DNA of 56,768 nucleotides, from positions 1 to 56,768 of the forward strand of contig NW_026782945.1 in NCBI RefSeq assembly GCF_031769215.1, written 5' to 3'. Source of the stretch: Ylistrum balloti (lineage: Eukaryota). Positions 18,815-28,295 of this stretch are shown here, piece after piece; position 1 is the first letter of the stretch; every line of letters begins with the position of its first letter. The translations under genes were made by a program, and so were the position numbers. The notes beneath the pieces were generated by a model. That model was not told the DNA's origin and searched no databases. It saw only the letters and a list, made by a program, of their open reading frames with translations.

Positions 18815-20045
18815 CCACCTTAAGATCTTGGCCAGCGCTTATAATGTTTGGATTTTCAATCTGGTTACGCTGTACAATCTCATCAGCTCTCGTTGCATCA
18901 GCGTATAAGCTATGTGCTAACACAAGAGCTGGCAGTGGTGAACTTGGTGCGTAATTAACAAGTTGCGGTAGTTTTAATGCCCGTGCATTAAGATCTTCAA
19001 TCAGGGCAGCTTGTAGATCTTGTAATGCAAACAGAGTTGTATTTGAAATAGGTATTTGCTTACCCGTTAAATCGGACTCTGTTTCAAGGATCAGGTTACG
19101 TATTTGAGTCGTAACAAGATCACGATCAGAGACAGCCTCATCAAAAACATCGTAGTCTTGTTTGCTGACAGCACGAACTTGTTCTGCAACGCTAATGCGT
19201 TTCATTAATTGAACAAGTGCTTCTTGATTAACGCGGGCTTGTCTTCTGCGTGGCGTATTACCAATAACGTTGGGTAATGTGAGCAGAGACTCAATAGCGT
19301 ACAAATTACTAAGGGCTGCGCGACTTAATGTATCTGGTGTCATGACAGCCAGTGTCACGATAAGGGATCTTATACTATCAGCTAAATTAGCAGGCTGTGT
19401 CAGTAGATTCGCAATGCCAGAATTTAGTGTTTTAATATTGCTTTCAAAGCTAGCTGTAAGATTAGATGTTGCTGCTAGTGGTGCAGCAATGCCTTGCAAA
19501 ATACCTGTTGTTGCACCAATAACTGTTGTGGCGTGATTTGCAGCAAAGCCCGTTTCAGCACGAAACTTATCTGCAAAATCAGAAAGAGCAGCTTGAATCA
19601 ACTGATCAGCTCGCAAATCAGATACACCTTGTGTATCAGGTGTAATATCAGGAAACGCGATACGCTCTGCAATAATCGTAAAAGGAATTGTAAAGGTTGA
19701 GCGGCCACCTTGTGTGTCAACGTCTTCGCTAACGGTTGCAGGATCGTAGACGACAGCGGTAAGTAGTCCTAATGTTGGATGAACTAATCTGCCTGGTGTA
19801 TCTTTTTCTAGAGCTTTGATTAGCTGACTACGTTTTGCAATATAGCTAGGCTCAAAAACCGAACAGCGCACCCGCAGACGCCAAGCCCGTTTTCCAAATC
19901 CCTGCGCAACAGGCAATGGTACTTGATCTTGCGATGCGGGCAATTCTATGATTTGCCCTCTAGCACCAATCTGAATAGAGCCGCCATGATAGGCAAACTC
20001 AATTCCTCGAAAACTACCTGGACGGTATTCGTCTCGCCAGGTCAT
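18801..20045 (-). CDS. DNA circularization protein (Mu gpN/gp43 family)
   Basis: WRDEYRPGSFRG.EF, G.LVHP.LG; C-terminal LPALVLAH.LY.DA.RA.EIV.RN. Confidence 0.92.
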   Translation of the reverse strand: MTWRDEYRPGSFRGIEFAYHGGSIQIGARGQIIELPASQDQVPLPVAQGFGKRAWRLRVRCSVFEPSYIAKRSQLIKALEKDTPGRLVHPTLGLLTAVVYDPATVSEDVDTQGGRSTFTIPFTIIAERIAFPDITPDTQGVSDLRADQLIQAALSDFADKFRAETGFAANHATTVIGATTGILQGIAAPLAATSNLTASFESNIKTLNSGIANLLTQPANLADSIRSLIVTLAVMTPDTLSRAALSNLYAIESLLTLPNVIGNTPRRRQARVNQEALVQLMKRISVAEQVRAVSKQDYDVFDEAVSDRDLVTTQIRNLILETESDLTGKQIPISNTTLFALQDLQAALIEDLNARALKLPQLVNYAPSSPLPALVLAHSLYADATRADEIVQRNQIENPNIISAGQDLKVVAYA

Positions 20046-21937
20046 TCGAGAACTCCATGCTGGACAGTAATATTAGCTTGCGTAGCTGAGGTTGGTCGAA
20101 CAGAGGCATTCGCGGTTAGGCCATCTGCTGCACCAACATTAACATCAACAACTAAAGGCTCTCTACCTTTACCGCCAAACAAGGCACTGTCTGCACCTTC
20201 ACGAAGTACATCAATAACTTCACCAACAAATTCTTTTGCGACAAAGCCGCCACCAAAAGCCCCAGCAAGACTAAGGGCACCGCCAAGAATACCACCAACA
20301 GCAGTGCCAGCACCAGGCACAATCGAGCCAAGCGCCGCACCAAGGGCTGCGCCACCAAAGACACCTAATCCTGCGCCAGCCGTCTTAGCAGCAACTTTAG
20401 AAATATCGCCTGCCTTATCAATAAGATGACCTTCCTTACTGGTTGCAATCTTATACGTATCGACCGCACCAGAAAAGACAGCGCTAGCAGCTGCCATTGT
20501 GGCAGCAGATCTAGCAAAGGTTAAAGCTTGTGTTGTTGCTGCGTCAAGACCGCGCTTACCTGTACCAGTAAAAACACCACCATTTACAGCACCACCGCCT
20601 CCAGGTGCGCCATTTACTACCATCACAGGTAAAGGATTTTCAACGCTGTAACCGCCAGGCGCTCCTGGCAGGCCTGTCGCACCTCCTAAAAAATCACCAT
20701 GGGCTTTACTAAATTTTGCACCGATTCCTAATGTAGTGGCAGTACCTAAAAAGACACCAAGCCCACCTGCCAGTCTCTCTGGATCAATAGCACTGATAGC
20801 ATCAGCTAAACGTGTAAGTGGTCCTGCTAAGTTTTTATCTGCAAAACGTTGAAAGACATTACCTAATTGCGTTAGAGATGCGCTTAAACCTTCTGCATTT
20901 CTTCGTGCATCGTTAAGTAAAATACTTGAATCACCAGCAACACCATAAAACTCTTCGACACTTTTTAAGGTGCCTGTATTTTGAAACTCAATAGCGAAAG
21001 CACGCAGACCGCGTAATGCCTGAATATCAAAAACTTGGCCAAGCAGTGTCGTGTCGCCCTTGGTTGCCTTAATAATATCTTTGACAATTTCTGTAAGCGG
21101 CCTTGCGACCCGAACGCCTTCTTTAATCTTTTGTGGATCAAAGATCTCAATACCAACACCGGTAAGCTCCTTAACCTTATCGATTGTAATAGCATCAAAT
21201 AGTCGCTCAAAAGCTGTTGTGGCTTGCTCTGATGAGCCAGTTGATTGTCTAATAATTTGTATGAGCGCACCAACTTCTCTTGCTGCCTCAACACCACGTC
21301 GCCCTGTGCCTGCGGCACTGGCAAAGATGCGCTCAGACAATGCTGCAATATCGCGTAACTCAAAAGCACCGTCTTTACCTTGTTGCGCCAATATCGATAA
21401 AACTTCTAAGACCTCTTGCGGTCCTCGAAGGTCAAACTTCTGAATCAGATCTGCAATTGTACTACCAACATCACGACCCGCTGAGCCCGTTGCCCGCATA
21501 ACAAGTGCGATATTGTGTAAATTTTCCTCTGCAACTTGAAGGCCAGCACCTTTTGTAACAATCTCCTCAACAGCAAAGAGTAGTTCATTTACTTGTAACT
21601 TAAACTGTGGATCTAGAGCAGTATTGAAAAGCGTATCTTTTAGTTTCTGCATTTGGCCATCGGTAATACCTGCCTGATTGGCAAGTAGTCGCATGCGTGT
21701 GTCAAGATCGGCAATATCGCGAACGGCCTTTGCAGCTGCAGCACCACCTATAATTGCAGTGTAACGATTAGCAAATCTATCCAACCCTGCATTAACACGA
21801 CCAGCTAAACGATCAAGGCGACTAAAAACACGAGCACCTTGATTTGCTGCATTACTTAGATTTTGACCAATACGTTTGCCAGCAGTGGCTGCATTGTCAT
21901 TAATCCGAACAAAGACTTCTGCGGTTCTGCTAGGCAT
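20042..21937 (-). CDS. Tail tape measure protein
   Basis: 631 aa, Ala/Gly-rich and helical; lies after the tail assembly chaperone. Confidence 0.88.
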   Translation of the reverse strand: MPSRTAEVFVRINDNAATAGKRIGQNLSNAANQGARVFSRLDRLAGRVNAGLDRFANRYTAIIGGAAAAKAVRDIADLDTRMRLLANQAGITDGQMQKLKDTLFNTALDPQFKLQVNELLFAVEEIVTKGAGLQVAEENLHNIALVMRATGSAGRDVGSTIADLIQKFDLRGPQEVLEVLSILAQQGKDGAFELRDIAALSERIFASAAGTGRRGVEAAREVGALIQIIRQSTGSSEQATTAFERLFDAITIDKVKELTGVGIEIFDPQKIKEGVRVARPLTEIVKDIIKATKGDTTLLGQVFDIQALRGLRAFAIEFQNTGTLKSVEEFYGVAGDSSILLNDARRNAEGLSASLTQLGNVFQRFADKNLAGPLTRLADAISAIDPERLAGGLGVFLGTATTLGIGAKFSKAHGDFLGGATGLPGAPGGYSVENPLPVMVVNGAPGGGGAVNGGVFTGTGKRGLDAATTQALTFARSAATMAAASAVFSGAVDTYKIATSKEGHLIDKAGDISKVAAKTAGAGLGVFGGAALGAALGSIVPGAGTAVGGILGGALSLAGAFGGGFVAKEFVGEVIDVLREGADSALFGGKGREPLVVDVNVGAADGLTANASVRPTSATQANITVQHGVLE

Positions 21938-22102
21938 TTAAGTAACACCCCGCAAGGCAAACTGAGCGCGTAGTGCATTGACATGCACAAAAAATAGCGG
22001 TAGTTCTAAATCAACCGTTTCTGCGCGCGTCCAACCAGTATGAATAGCTAACAGCTGCACGCCCGCTATGACGTAACTGACCCAGCGGGCTGTTGCTCCC
22101 CC
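21938..22102 (-). CDS. -1 frame extension of the tail assembly chaperone (gpE'/GT-like)
   Basis: Hand-translated frame GGATARWVSYVIAGVQLLAIHTGWTRAETVDLELP...RGVT*, entered at a G5 run; its TAA abuts the tape measure ATG. Confidence 0.65.
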   Translation of the reverse strand, partial: GGATARWVSYVIAGVQLLAIHTGWTRAETVDLELPLFFVHVNALRAQFALRGVT

Positions 22103-22461
22103 AGCTTAGCTAAATTCTCCAGTGTTGTTGGTCCTAGCGTATAAGCAATTTCAACAAGATACTCAAATTCATGCCCTGGCATCTTCGCTAGTGCCGCCTG
22201 AGTAACTGCTGTCAAGTCATCTCTCTCGCCAACACCTTGAACCATAATTTCTACCAGCTCTTTACCAAGCAGCACATTACTAACCTTAGCTACGTACTGC
22301 GGATTCTTTTCGGTACCTGGCACTAAAAACAGACGCTCCGAGTTAAGGGTGGCATTCATAACGTCCTGAGCTGTAAACTGCTTTTTGATCCAAACTTTTT
22401 TATATGTCGTATTACCAACCGTAATACCTGTCTCTAGCTTAACTAAGCGCAAATCTGGCAT
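22066..22461 (-). CDS. Tail assembly chaperone (Mu gp41-like)
   Basis: Lies between tube and tape measure; ATG at 22461 directly after the tube stop. Confidence 0.75.
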   Translation of the reverse strand: MPDLRLVKLETGITVGNTTYKKVWIKKQFTAQDVMNATLNSERLFLVPGTEKNPQYVAKVSNVLLGKELVEIMVQGVGERDDLTAVTQAALAKMPGHEFEYLVEIAYTLGPTTLENLAKLGEQQPAGSVTS

Positions 22462-22462
22462 T

Positions 22463-22825
22463 TTACAAATCCTCCGCTGGTGCACTATAGATATCAACAG
22501 GCACGACACCACCGCTCATATCGGGCGTTGTTGCGTGTTTGACTTTTCTCATTTTGTACACCTGTCCAGTTGCTAGAGCTTCGATTGTGATATTTTTACC
22601 TGCTATTGCCCGGAATTCTGCAAGGCTAAAACCAGCATCAAGCACCATATTGCCTTTAAGCGTTGCAGGCACTTCCCGATCAGTGTGATTTCGGCCAGCT
22701 TTGCCATCGGTGCTTACATCTTCTGAAACAATGCCACCAGGATTAAAGGTAACGCTATCGGTCACCATCTCTTCAGGGACACCTTCAACTTTTATAATTA
22801 ATATGTTTGCGTTTTTACCAACCAT
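22463..22825 (-). CDS. Tail tube protein
   Basis: 120 aa, directly after the sheath; PATLKG and LATGQVY resemble the Mu tube family. Confidence 0.85.
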   Translation of the reverse strand: MVGKNANILIIKVEGVPEEMVTDSVTFNPGGIVSEDVSTDGKAGRNHTDREVPATLKGNMVLDAGFSLAEFRAIAGKNITIEALATGQVYKMRKVKHATTPDMSGGVVPVDIYSAPAEDL

Positions 22826-22839
22826 AATATATAGCGCCT

Positions 22840-24318
22840 CTACTTAACAATGGGTTGAACACGGGTTAATACTTGACGAAATTGACCAATAAGGTGTGGT
22901 GGCAAAATCATTGCTGCCTGCGTATCGCTTAAAGCAATGGCACGTAGATCTTTTTTATATTGATCACGATCTTGCACTAAGACTTCATCAAACCAATCAT
23001 CAAACTGAAATAGTGCTTCTGCTTTTAAGACATTAGGTGTAACAACACGTTTACCAGGGCCGCCTGCGTTGTTATCGCTTGCAAATTTCCAGTCAGCAAA
23101 TTTTAAATGAATGCGTCGTTGCCAGTCGTAGCGCATAGCTTGCAACATACGCATAACAACAAAGTCACGGAACCGGTAATCATCTTCACCTGCGCTGTTT
23201 CGTTTATAGGTTGCTCTTAAGCGCTCAATGCGAAGCTTACCAAAATCATCAACGTAAAATGTACTTAAGCCTGCTTGAAGTTGTGCTTCTCGTTCCGCTC
23301 CTGTAAATCGATGCTCTTCATTTGGTACCAAGGTATTTGGAACAACTTGTCGCTGGCAAGGTCTACCAACTTCAATATCGTTAACATTTGTCTCTATTGC
23401 ACCAACACGAGCTGCAACCTCCCATGGTGTTGCAGGAATATTGCTTGGCAGACTAAGTGGACAAATAAATTGTGTATTTAAACCTTCAGCTAATGTTGTG
23501 TTTGCTGAGTGGGTACCAAAGACAGGAACCATCATGACGCTATTTAGGTTTTCGTCATCACCCCAACGTCGCTGCAATTCTTCTTCCCAATCAGATAACG
23601 CTTGCGAATCGGAAAAAGGCTGCACAATTAATTCATAGGGACTGTCACCCATAACAGCCGTAATCGTTGTAATGTCAATAACGCCACTACCAGCGGTGCC
23701 GTCAGCAATGGCCAGGCTAATACCAGCAGGTAATGTTTGATTATCTTCGTCTTGACGGTAGTTAACACGCACGTCATGGTGATTACCATGAACACCTTTA
23801 TGATTAGCGCTTAAGGTCACAACACCACTAGAAACACTACTTGTCATTTGCAGATCTGTGCGTGCCGCTAGTGCAGTCTGTACAGCTGTAGCAACATCCG
23901 CTGCCGCGTCGCCGCTGGCAACGGAAACAGGCACGTAGATGCCATCTATATATAGATGAATGATACCTGCCTCTGTTGCGGTACCTGTAAATGTCAGTGT
24001 TTTTGTTGCTTTAGTACCAGAGCTAGGCTCATCTACTGCAATACAGGTAACCTTAAATCGTTGGTGAATCTCCCAAAACGCCGCAAACTTTTTAGCGAGC
24101 ATGGAAGTTGCGCCAAAATAGTCTTGGGCTTGGCTAATACGTGTTGGTTTCCTAGGTGTTAAAGCCGCAACACTACCATTACTAGACCGGTACCCAACAA
24201 GCAGCACGCGATTTGGACGGTTGCCTGTCTCTATCTGTGTTGCGCTTTCTGCAATCTCTTGCAGGACGCCAGGCCTTAAGATGTTAGCCGACAAGGTATC
24301 AAAGGTGATTGTCGTCAT
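22840..24318 (-). CDS. Contractile tail sheath protein (Mu gpL family)
   Basis: ILRPGV, FG..SML, GRPCQ, ERE..L..G.ST..VD..G...IER..TY motifs; 492 aa. Confidence 0.95.
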   Translation of the reverse strand: MTTITFDTLSANILRPGVLQEIAESATQIETGNRPNRVLLVGYRSSNGSVAALTPRKPTRISQAQDYFGATSMLAKKFAAFWEIHQRFKVTCIAVDEPSSGTKATKTLTFTGTATEAGIIHLYIDGIYVPVSVASGDAAADVATAVQTALAARTDLQMTSSVSSGVVTLSANHKGVHGNHHDVRVNYRQDEDNQTLPAGISLAIADGTAGSGVIDITTITAVMGDSPYELIVQPFSDSQALSDWEEELQRRWGDDENLNSVMMVPVFGTHSANTTLAEGLNTQFICPLSLPSNIPATPWEVAARVGAIETNVNDIEVGRPCQRQVVPNTLVPNEEHRFTGAEREAQLQAGLSTFYVDDFGKLRIERLRATYKRNSAGEDDYRFRDFVVMRMLQAMRYDWQRRIHLKFADWKFASDNNAGGPGKRVVTPNVLKAEALFQFDDWFDEVLVQDRDQYKKDLRAIALSDTQAAMILPPHLIGQFRQVLTRVQPIVK

Positions 24319-24545
24319 GAGGTTTTACCTTTCTTTGATTTCGTAGGTTGTTTTTTAGACTCCGTCTGTGTTGACGATGCAGCCTGCGCTAGCAGCAGCA
24401 GGTCGCCTACCTGAATGGCACGTTGTGCCATTGTTGTTCGCCTAATACGTGCACCTTTCTCAGGTACCCCGCTTGGGTGATCAGGTAGTTTTACGGTAAT
24501 GCCTGCTCTTGGTACATAAGTACCTCTGAGTAATTTCTGTGGCAT
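24315..24545 (-). CDS. DUF2635/Mu gp38-like small tail protein
   Basis: VP..G..V..P......PE.G......T...R.I..GDL pattern; directly before the sheath. Confidence 0.7.
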   Translation of the reverse strand: MPQKLLRGTYVPRAGITVKLPDHPSGVPEKGARIRRTTMAQRAIQVGDLLLLAQAASSTQTESKKQPTKSKKGKTS

Positions 24546-24546
24546 G

Positions 24547-25188
24547 TTATGATTCCTCCTGTAAATTAATACTGTCCTGTGCTGCTGGCGCAGTACCTAG
24601 TGCTGGCTCCAACTGATCAGCTGGTGCAGCAGCACTATCGTAGGGCAGCGGTGTTTCGTCACTGACACCTTCGCCGCCTGGATACCAATCTGTTTGCAAT
24701 GATTCAAAATCACCAAGGGTGCTGCAATCTGGGAACTTACCGGTAAACTCATGGCTCCAGAGTGTTGACCAAAGCGCTACGCGCTTTGTGCCTACTTTTC
24801 CGTTAAAAAGATTTCGCTGATTAATGTCTTGAGCGTCATTAATATCAAGACCAAAATCTTGGCCAGCTAAATTTTTTCCAGATAAATAGATAGCTAATTG
24901 CTGAACAAGGTCAAGGGCTAAATCATCCGCATCAACACCAGCACCATGTACCGTAATTAAAAAGGCAGCAAAATCACCGCGCTGTTGTGTTGTGCCAGCG
25001 GTTGTTTGAATAATATCCGTACTAGAAAGACAAGACACAAATAGTGCTGGCGCTTTAAAGGAGCGACTTAAAGCTTGACGCAAGTCAAATCGTCCACCCC
25101 ACTTGTCAACTGTTTTTAGTGTCGTAAGCTCAGTCTTAATGCCAGCAATGGCAGCGTCACGAATTTCTCTTAAGCTAACCTGGCTCAT
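24547..25188 (-). CDS. Tail terminator-like protein (Mu gp37/DUF1834-like)
   Basis: WGGRFD, APALFVS.L, ALWS..W motifs; position. Confidence 0.7.
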   Translation of the reverse strand: MSQVSLREIRDAAIAGIKTELTTLKTVDKWGGRFDLRQALSRSFKAPALFVSCLSSTDIIQTTAGTTQQRGDFAAFLITVHGAGVDADDLALDLVQQLAIYLSGKNLAGQDFGLDINDAQDINQRNLFNGKVGTKRVALWSTLWSHEFTGKFPDCSTLGDFESLQTDWYPGGEGVSDETPLPYDSAAAPADQLEPALGTAPAAQDSINLQEES

Positions 25189-25218
25189 GTGCGTACCTCA
25201 TTCATGTGAGCGCCTCAC

Positions 25219-25668
25219 TCATGTGAGGGCCTGCTGCAATCTTAAGGTGTACCAGTCTTGTAAGACTAGCGAAATCGTATCTAATTCTTTGCTACTAACC
25301 CCCAAATACTCACGCTGCAAAATACCGCGATCTGGATCACCAAATTGATGGGTAGCTGCGTAAATAAGTGTTGAGCCTGCGCCCGCACCATCTGTGGCAA
25401 TAAAGCCTTGAATATCATCTTCAAGATCACCGCCTAGGCGTAGCAGTGTATGCTCTGGATGTTTTGGGCCATAATCTGGATCTTGCCATTCTGGCCATAA
25501 ACTACCGTCAGGTGCAGGTCCACCACTGGCAATGCGCTCACGAGCTGCTGTTTCAAGTAGGCCTGCAATTTGCCATTTAACGTTTGCGTCATCGATCTTA
25601 AGCTGTTCGACGTCACGGATTAAAGACCGTAGCTCGCGATCATCAAAAATAACAGCTGCCCCAGTCAT
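25219..25668 (-). CDS. Phage virion morphogenesis protein (Mu gpG family)
   Basis: GPAPDG..WP, LRLGGDL, GSTLIYAATHQFG, REYLG.S motifs. Start taken at ATG 25668; GTG 25743 is possible. Confidence 0.88.
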   Translation of the reverse strand: MTGAAVIFDDRELRSLIRDVEQLKIDDANVKWQIAGLLETAARERIASGGPAPDGSLWPEWQDPDYGPKHPEHTLLRLGGDLEDDIQGFIATDGAGAGSTLIYAATHQFGDPDRGILQREYLGVSSKELDTISLVLQDWYTLRLQQALT

Positions 25669-25744
25669 AAAACAGGCACCCGTAAAACTACTTGCAAGCA
25701 GATTGCAAAGACAGATAATGGTTGTTGCAAGATACGTAAACACA

Positions 25745-26173
25745 TTAAAAACCCTGTAACCTTTGACGGCCCATAACGCGCTCTTGGGCACCAACAGTGA
25801 CCGCGCCACCAACGGTAGGCGCTGGTTCGTCATGAAGCTCTGCTAGAGCTGCTTGCCCTTTGGCGATATTTTTTAAATGTTCAATGTGGTCTCTATAGGT
25901 TGCGACCATGTCCTCTGTACGTTGATCTGGACCTGTTGCCATGTAATAGATCGCCATATCGATACACATTTGTTTTAAGATCTCTGGCACAGGATTAAGA
26001 GCCTGTACCTCTTTAATGTCGTAACGTGCAGCAAGATGACTATCAATACGACTACTAGCACGCTCAAGATAAACATCTGGATCTTGCACATCGTCGCCAT
26101 AGCCAGACTGAACAATATCTAATAGATCCTGTCCAGCTTGATCAACAATATCTTGAATGGTGGCATAGGCCAT
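25745..26173 (-). CDS. Mu gp36/DUF1320 head-tail connector
   Basis: MAYAT..D, AS..IDSHL..RY, L...C.D.A.Y, L..IAKG motifs. Confidence 0.9.
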   Translation of the reverse strand: MAYATIQDIVDQAGQDLLDIVQSGYGDDVQDPDVYLERASSRIDSHLAARYDIKEVQALNPVPEILKQMCIDMAIYYMATGPDQRTEDMVATYRDHIEHLKNIAKGQAALAELHDEPAPTVGGAVTVGAQERVMGRQRLQGF

Positions 26174-26181
26174 AGAACTAC

Positions 26182-26661
26182 CTAGCCCTTACTGTCTTTT
26201 GCCAATTCAACGCCGCCAATAAGTACACGTAGTGACGTATCAGCACTTAATAGATCGCGTTGTTTTCTACTTAACTTGATGGCTCCTAGCTCATTCCAGC
26301 CATGTTGAAACTGGAGACCAGCACGACGTCGTTGTGGTGTCTCACAAAAAACACGAACTACTTGAGGTTTAGTACTGCTTGCTTTTGGCGCGTCAGTATC
26401 GGGATCTGGTTTGTCTCCCTGTTGTTCGGGCTTCTTTGTGTCTAGCTCTGTTGCTTTTGGCTCTTTTGGTGTAGCTGTCTTTTTTGGTGCTCGAGACCGC
26501 CTAGATTTACCCTGCGTGCTAGCGTTTACTTTTTTTGTTTTCGGTGTTTTAGATTTACTTTGCGTATCTGCGGTTGCCTGATCCTGCCCCGCAGGTTTTG
26601 TTCCTGTAGGCTCTTTTGTATCTGGTTCTTTTTCTTTTGATGTTTTACCTTGCTCTGTCAT
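26182..26661 (-). CDS. HI1506-like Mu protein with low-complexity N-terminus
   Basis: C-terminal RRRAGLQF...W; K/T/P-rich N-terminal part. Confidence 0.6.
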   Translation of the reverse strand: MTEQGKTSKEKEPDTKEPTGTKPAGQDQATADTQSKSKTPKTKKVNASTQGKSRRSRAPKKTATPKEPKATELDTKKPEQQGDKPDPDTDAPKASSTKPQVVRVFCETPQRRRAGLQFQHGWNELGAIKLSRKQRDLLSADTSLRVLIGGVELAKDSKG

Positions 26662-26692
26662 CTATTTTTCCTTATGTCTTTTTTTAAGATCT

Positions 26693-26720
26693 AAAACAGC
26701 CTTACCCTCAAGGGTAAGGC
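26693..26720 (-). terminator. Putative intrinsic terminator after the major capsid gene
   Basis: Minus strand GCCTTACCC-TTGA-GGGTAAGGC then TGTTTT, about 20 nt past the capsid stop. Confidence 0.6.
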
Positions 26721-26741
26721 TAGCTCTTTAGGAATGTGGTC

Positions 26742-27779
26742 TTAATTTAAGTAAGGCTCAACAAGAAGTTCTGTTGTTCCTGCGTATTTATTGGTTGCAC
26801 CATTTGCTAAACGATCAACTTCTACGACTTCTTTCGCTGCACCCTCAAGTGCTGTTGGTACAACAAGCAGTGTTGGTACAATTCCTAATGGATCACCTCC
26901 GTCTGCAGTAACAGACATCATTGCTTGACGTGCGGCCTCGTAGTTTTCTGCTGTTAGCGGTTGATTGCTAGCGTAAGCAAGCTGCCAAAACGAATACCCA
27001 ACATTAACGCGAGCATCAACACCATAAAGATATTGACGGTGCATAAAAACGTTAGGATCCGTTTCGTTAAAGAGGGCTACAAAATTGTAGTCTTTGCGGA
27101 CTTGGAAAATAAGCGGTTTTACAAATTGACTTGTATCAATGAGATACCAGTATGGACCGTTGCCGCCTGAATCAATATTAGAGACACTTTGAGAACGACC
27201 ATTTGCATCAAGTACCGGATGATCTGTGTCAAAGAAATTTTGTCCATCAAAACAAGGTTGCAAGTGGCCATTTTTTAATGCGCTAAAAACAAGTCGACCA
27301 GGATGTCTGGCTGCCGCCTGACCCATTGCTCTAGCAACGAGCGCAAACTGACCAAGCTGGTTATCTTCAAATTTATTGCGATCAATTGGAATAGTGTTTT
27401 CAAAATCTTTGTTAACAATTGAGTAGGCATGTTGCAATAGAGTTTTAATGACACGTTCACCCACCCATTCACGAAGTCCAGGTATAGCTCCAAGCCAGCT
27501 GTAATCCTCAGCGGCGGCGGTGCTTGGCACACGTTCAGCAACACGCTCCCATTGTGCTTTTACAGCTTGCAATCCCTTAAGGTAACTACCGTTAAGGTTT
27601 CGGTATACTTCTTGTAGTGTTTCAGCATTCACAACAATACCTGCTGCTAAAAAGCCAAGTAGATGTTCAATGCCAAAATCAGTTAACAGCTGAGGTGTTA
27701 GGGTTGCGCTGGCAGCAATTGCAAAATCGCCTACCAGGACAATCGCAAACGTCCATATACATAAAAAAAGCTTACTCAT
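26742..27779 (-). CDS. Major capsid protein (Mu gpT family) with N-terminal hydrophobic extension
   Basis: YSWLG.IP.LREWVGER, NK.FE.T..I.R..FED.QLG, GVDAR.NVGY.FWQLAY motifs. Confidence 0.95.
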   Translation of the reverse strand: MSKLFLCIWTFAIVLVGDFAIAASATLTPQLLTDFGIEHLLGFLAAGIVVNAETLQEVYRNLNGSYLKGLQAVKAQWERVAERVPSTAAAEDYSWLGAIPGLREWVGERVIKTLLQHAYSIVNKDFENTIPIDRNKFEDNQLGQFALVARAMGQAAARHPGRLVFSALKNGHLQPCFDGQNFFDTDHPVLDANGRSQSVSNIDSGGNGPYWYLIDTSQFVKPLIFQVRKDYNFVALFNETDPNVFMHRQYLYGVDARVNVGYSFWQLAYASNQPLTAENYEAARQAMMSVTADGGDPLGIVPTLLVVPTALEGAAKEVVEVDRLANGATNKYAGTTELLVEPYLN

Positions 27780-27838
27780 GTTTTTTCTCTCCTACGTGGA
27801 TCATTAATCGTCGTTTTCTTCGTCACTTCATTTATTGT

Positions 27839-28264
27839 TTACAGCTGCACGCCAGGGTAAATTTTTACCCAAACGCGGTTACCATCAACACCGGTAACCA
27901 CACCAGCAACAGGTCGCGCGTTACTGTTATGGGTTTTAGCTACGCTCTGATTGTCAACGACATAGCAGAAGCTACCGATATCAGCGGCTACAATTTCATC
28001 TGCGCCTGTACTGTTTTCAAACAGAAATTCACCGCTAACAATATCTGTATCAACACTACCTGCGGTACCGTCTTGGTTATCGTAGGCTTGATTAGACATG
28101 CCAAGTGGCTTTAGGGCTGCTGTTTCGCTACCCATAACCGCATGACCATTTGCATCAAGCATGGCAATAGTGCCTGCGGGTACTTTAATATTTGATAGCG
28201 GCACGCTATAGCGCGCTCCTAGCGCTCGCTGCTGTGTTCCTCTGTCTAAAGTTGTGGCTGGCAT
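27839..28264 (-). CDS. Head decoration/cement-like protein
   Basis: GEFLF.NS..ADEI..ADIG..CYVVDNQ.VAKT motif; lies between I and T. Confidence 0.7.
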   Translation of the reverse strand: MPATTLDRGTQQRALGARYSVPLSNIKVPAGTIAMLDANGHAVMGSETAALKPLGMSNQAYDNQDGTAGSVDTDIVSGEFLFENSTGADEIVAADIGSFCYVVDNQSVAKTHNSNARPVAGVVTGVDGNRVWVKIYPGVQL

Positions 28265-28295
28265 ATACGTATCCTTTTAGCTAATTAATCTTGTT

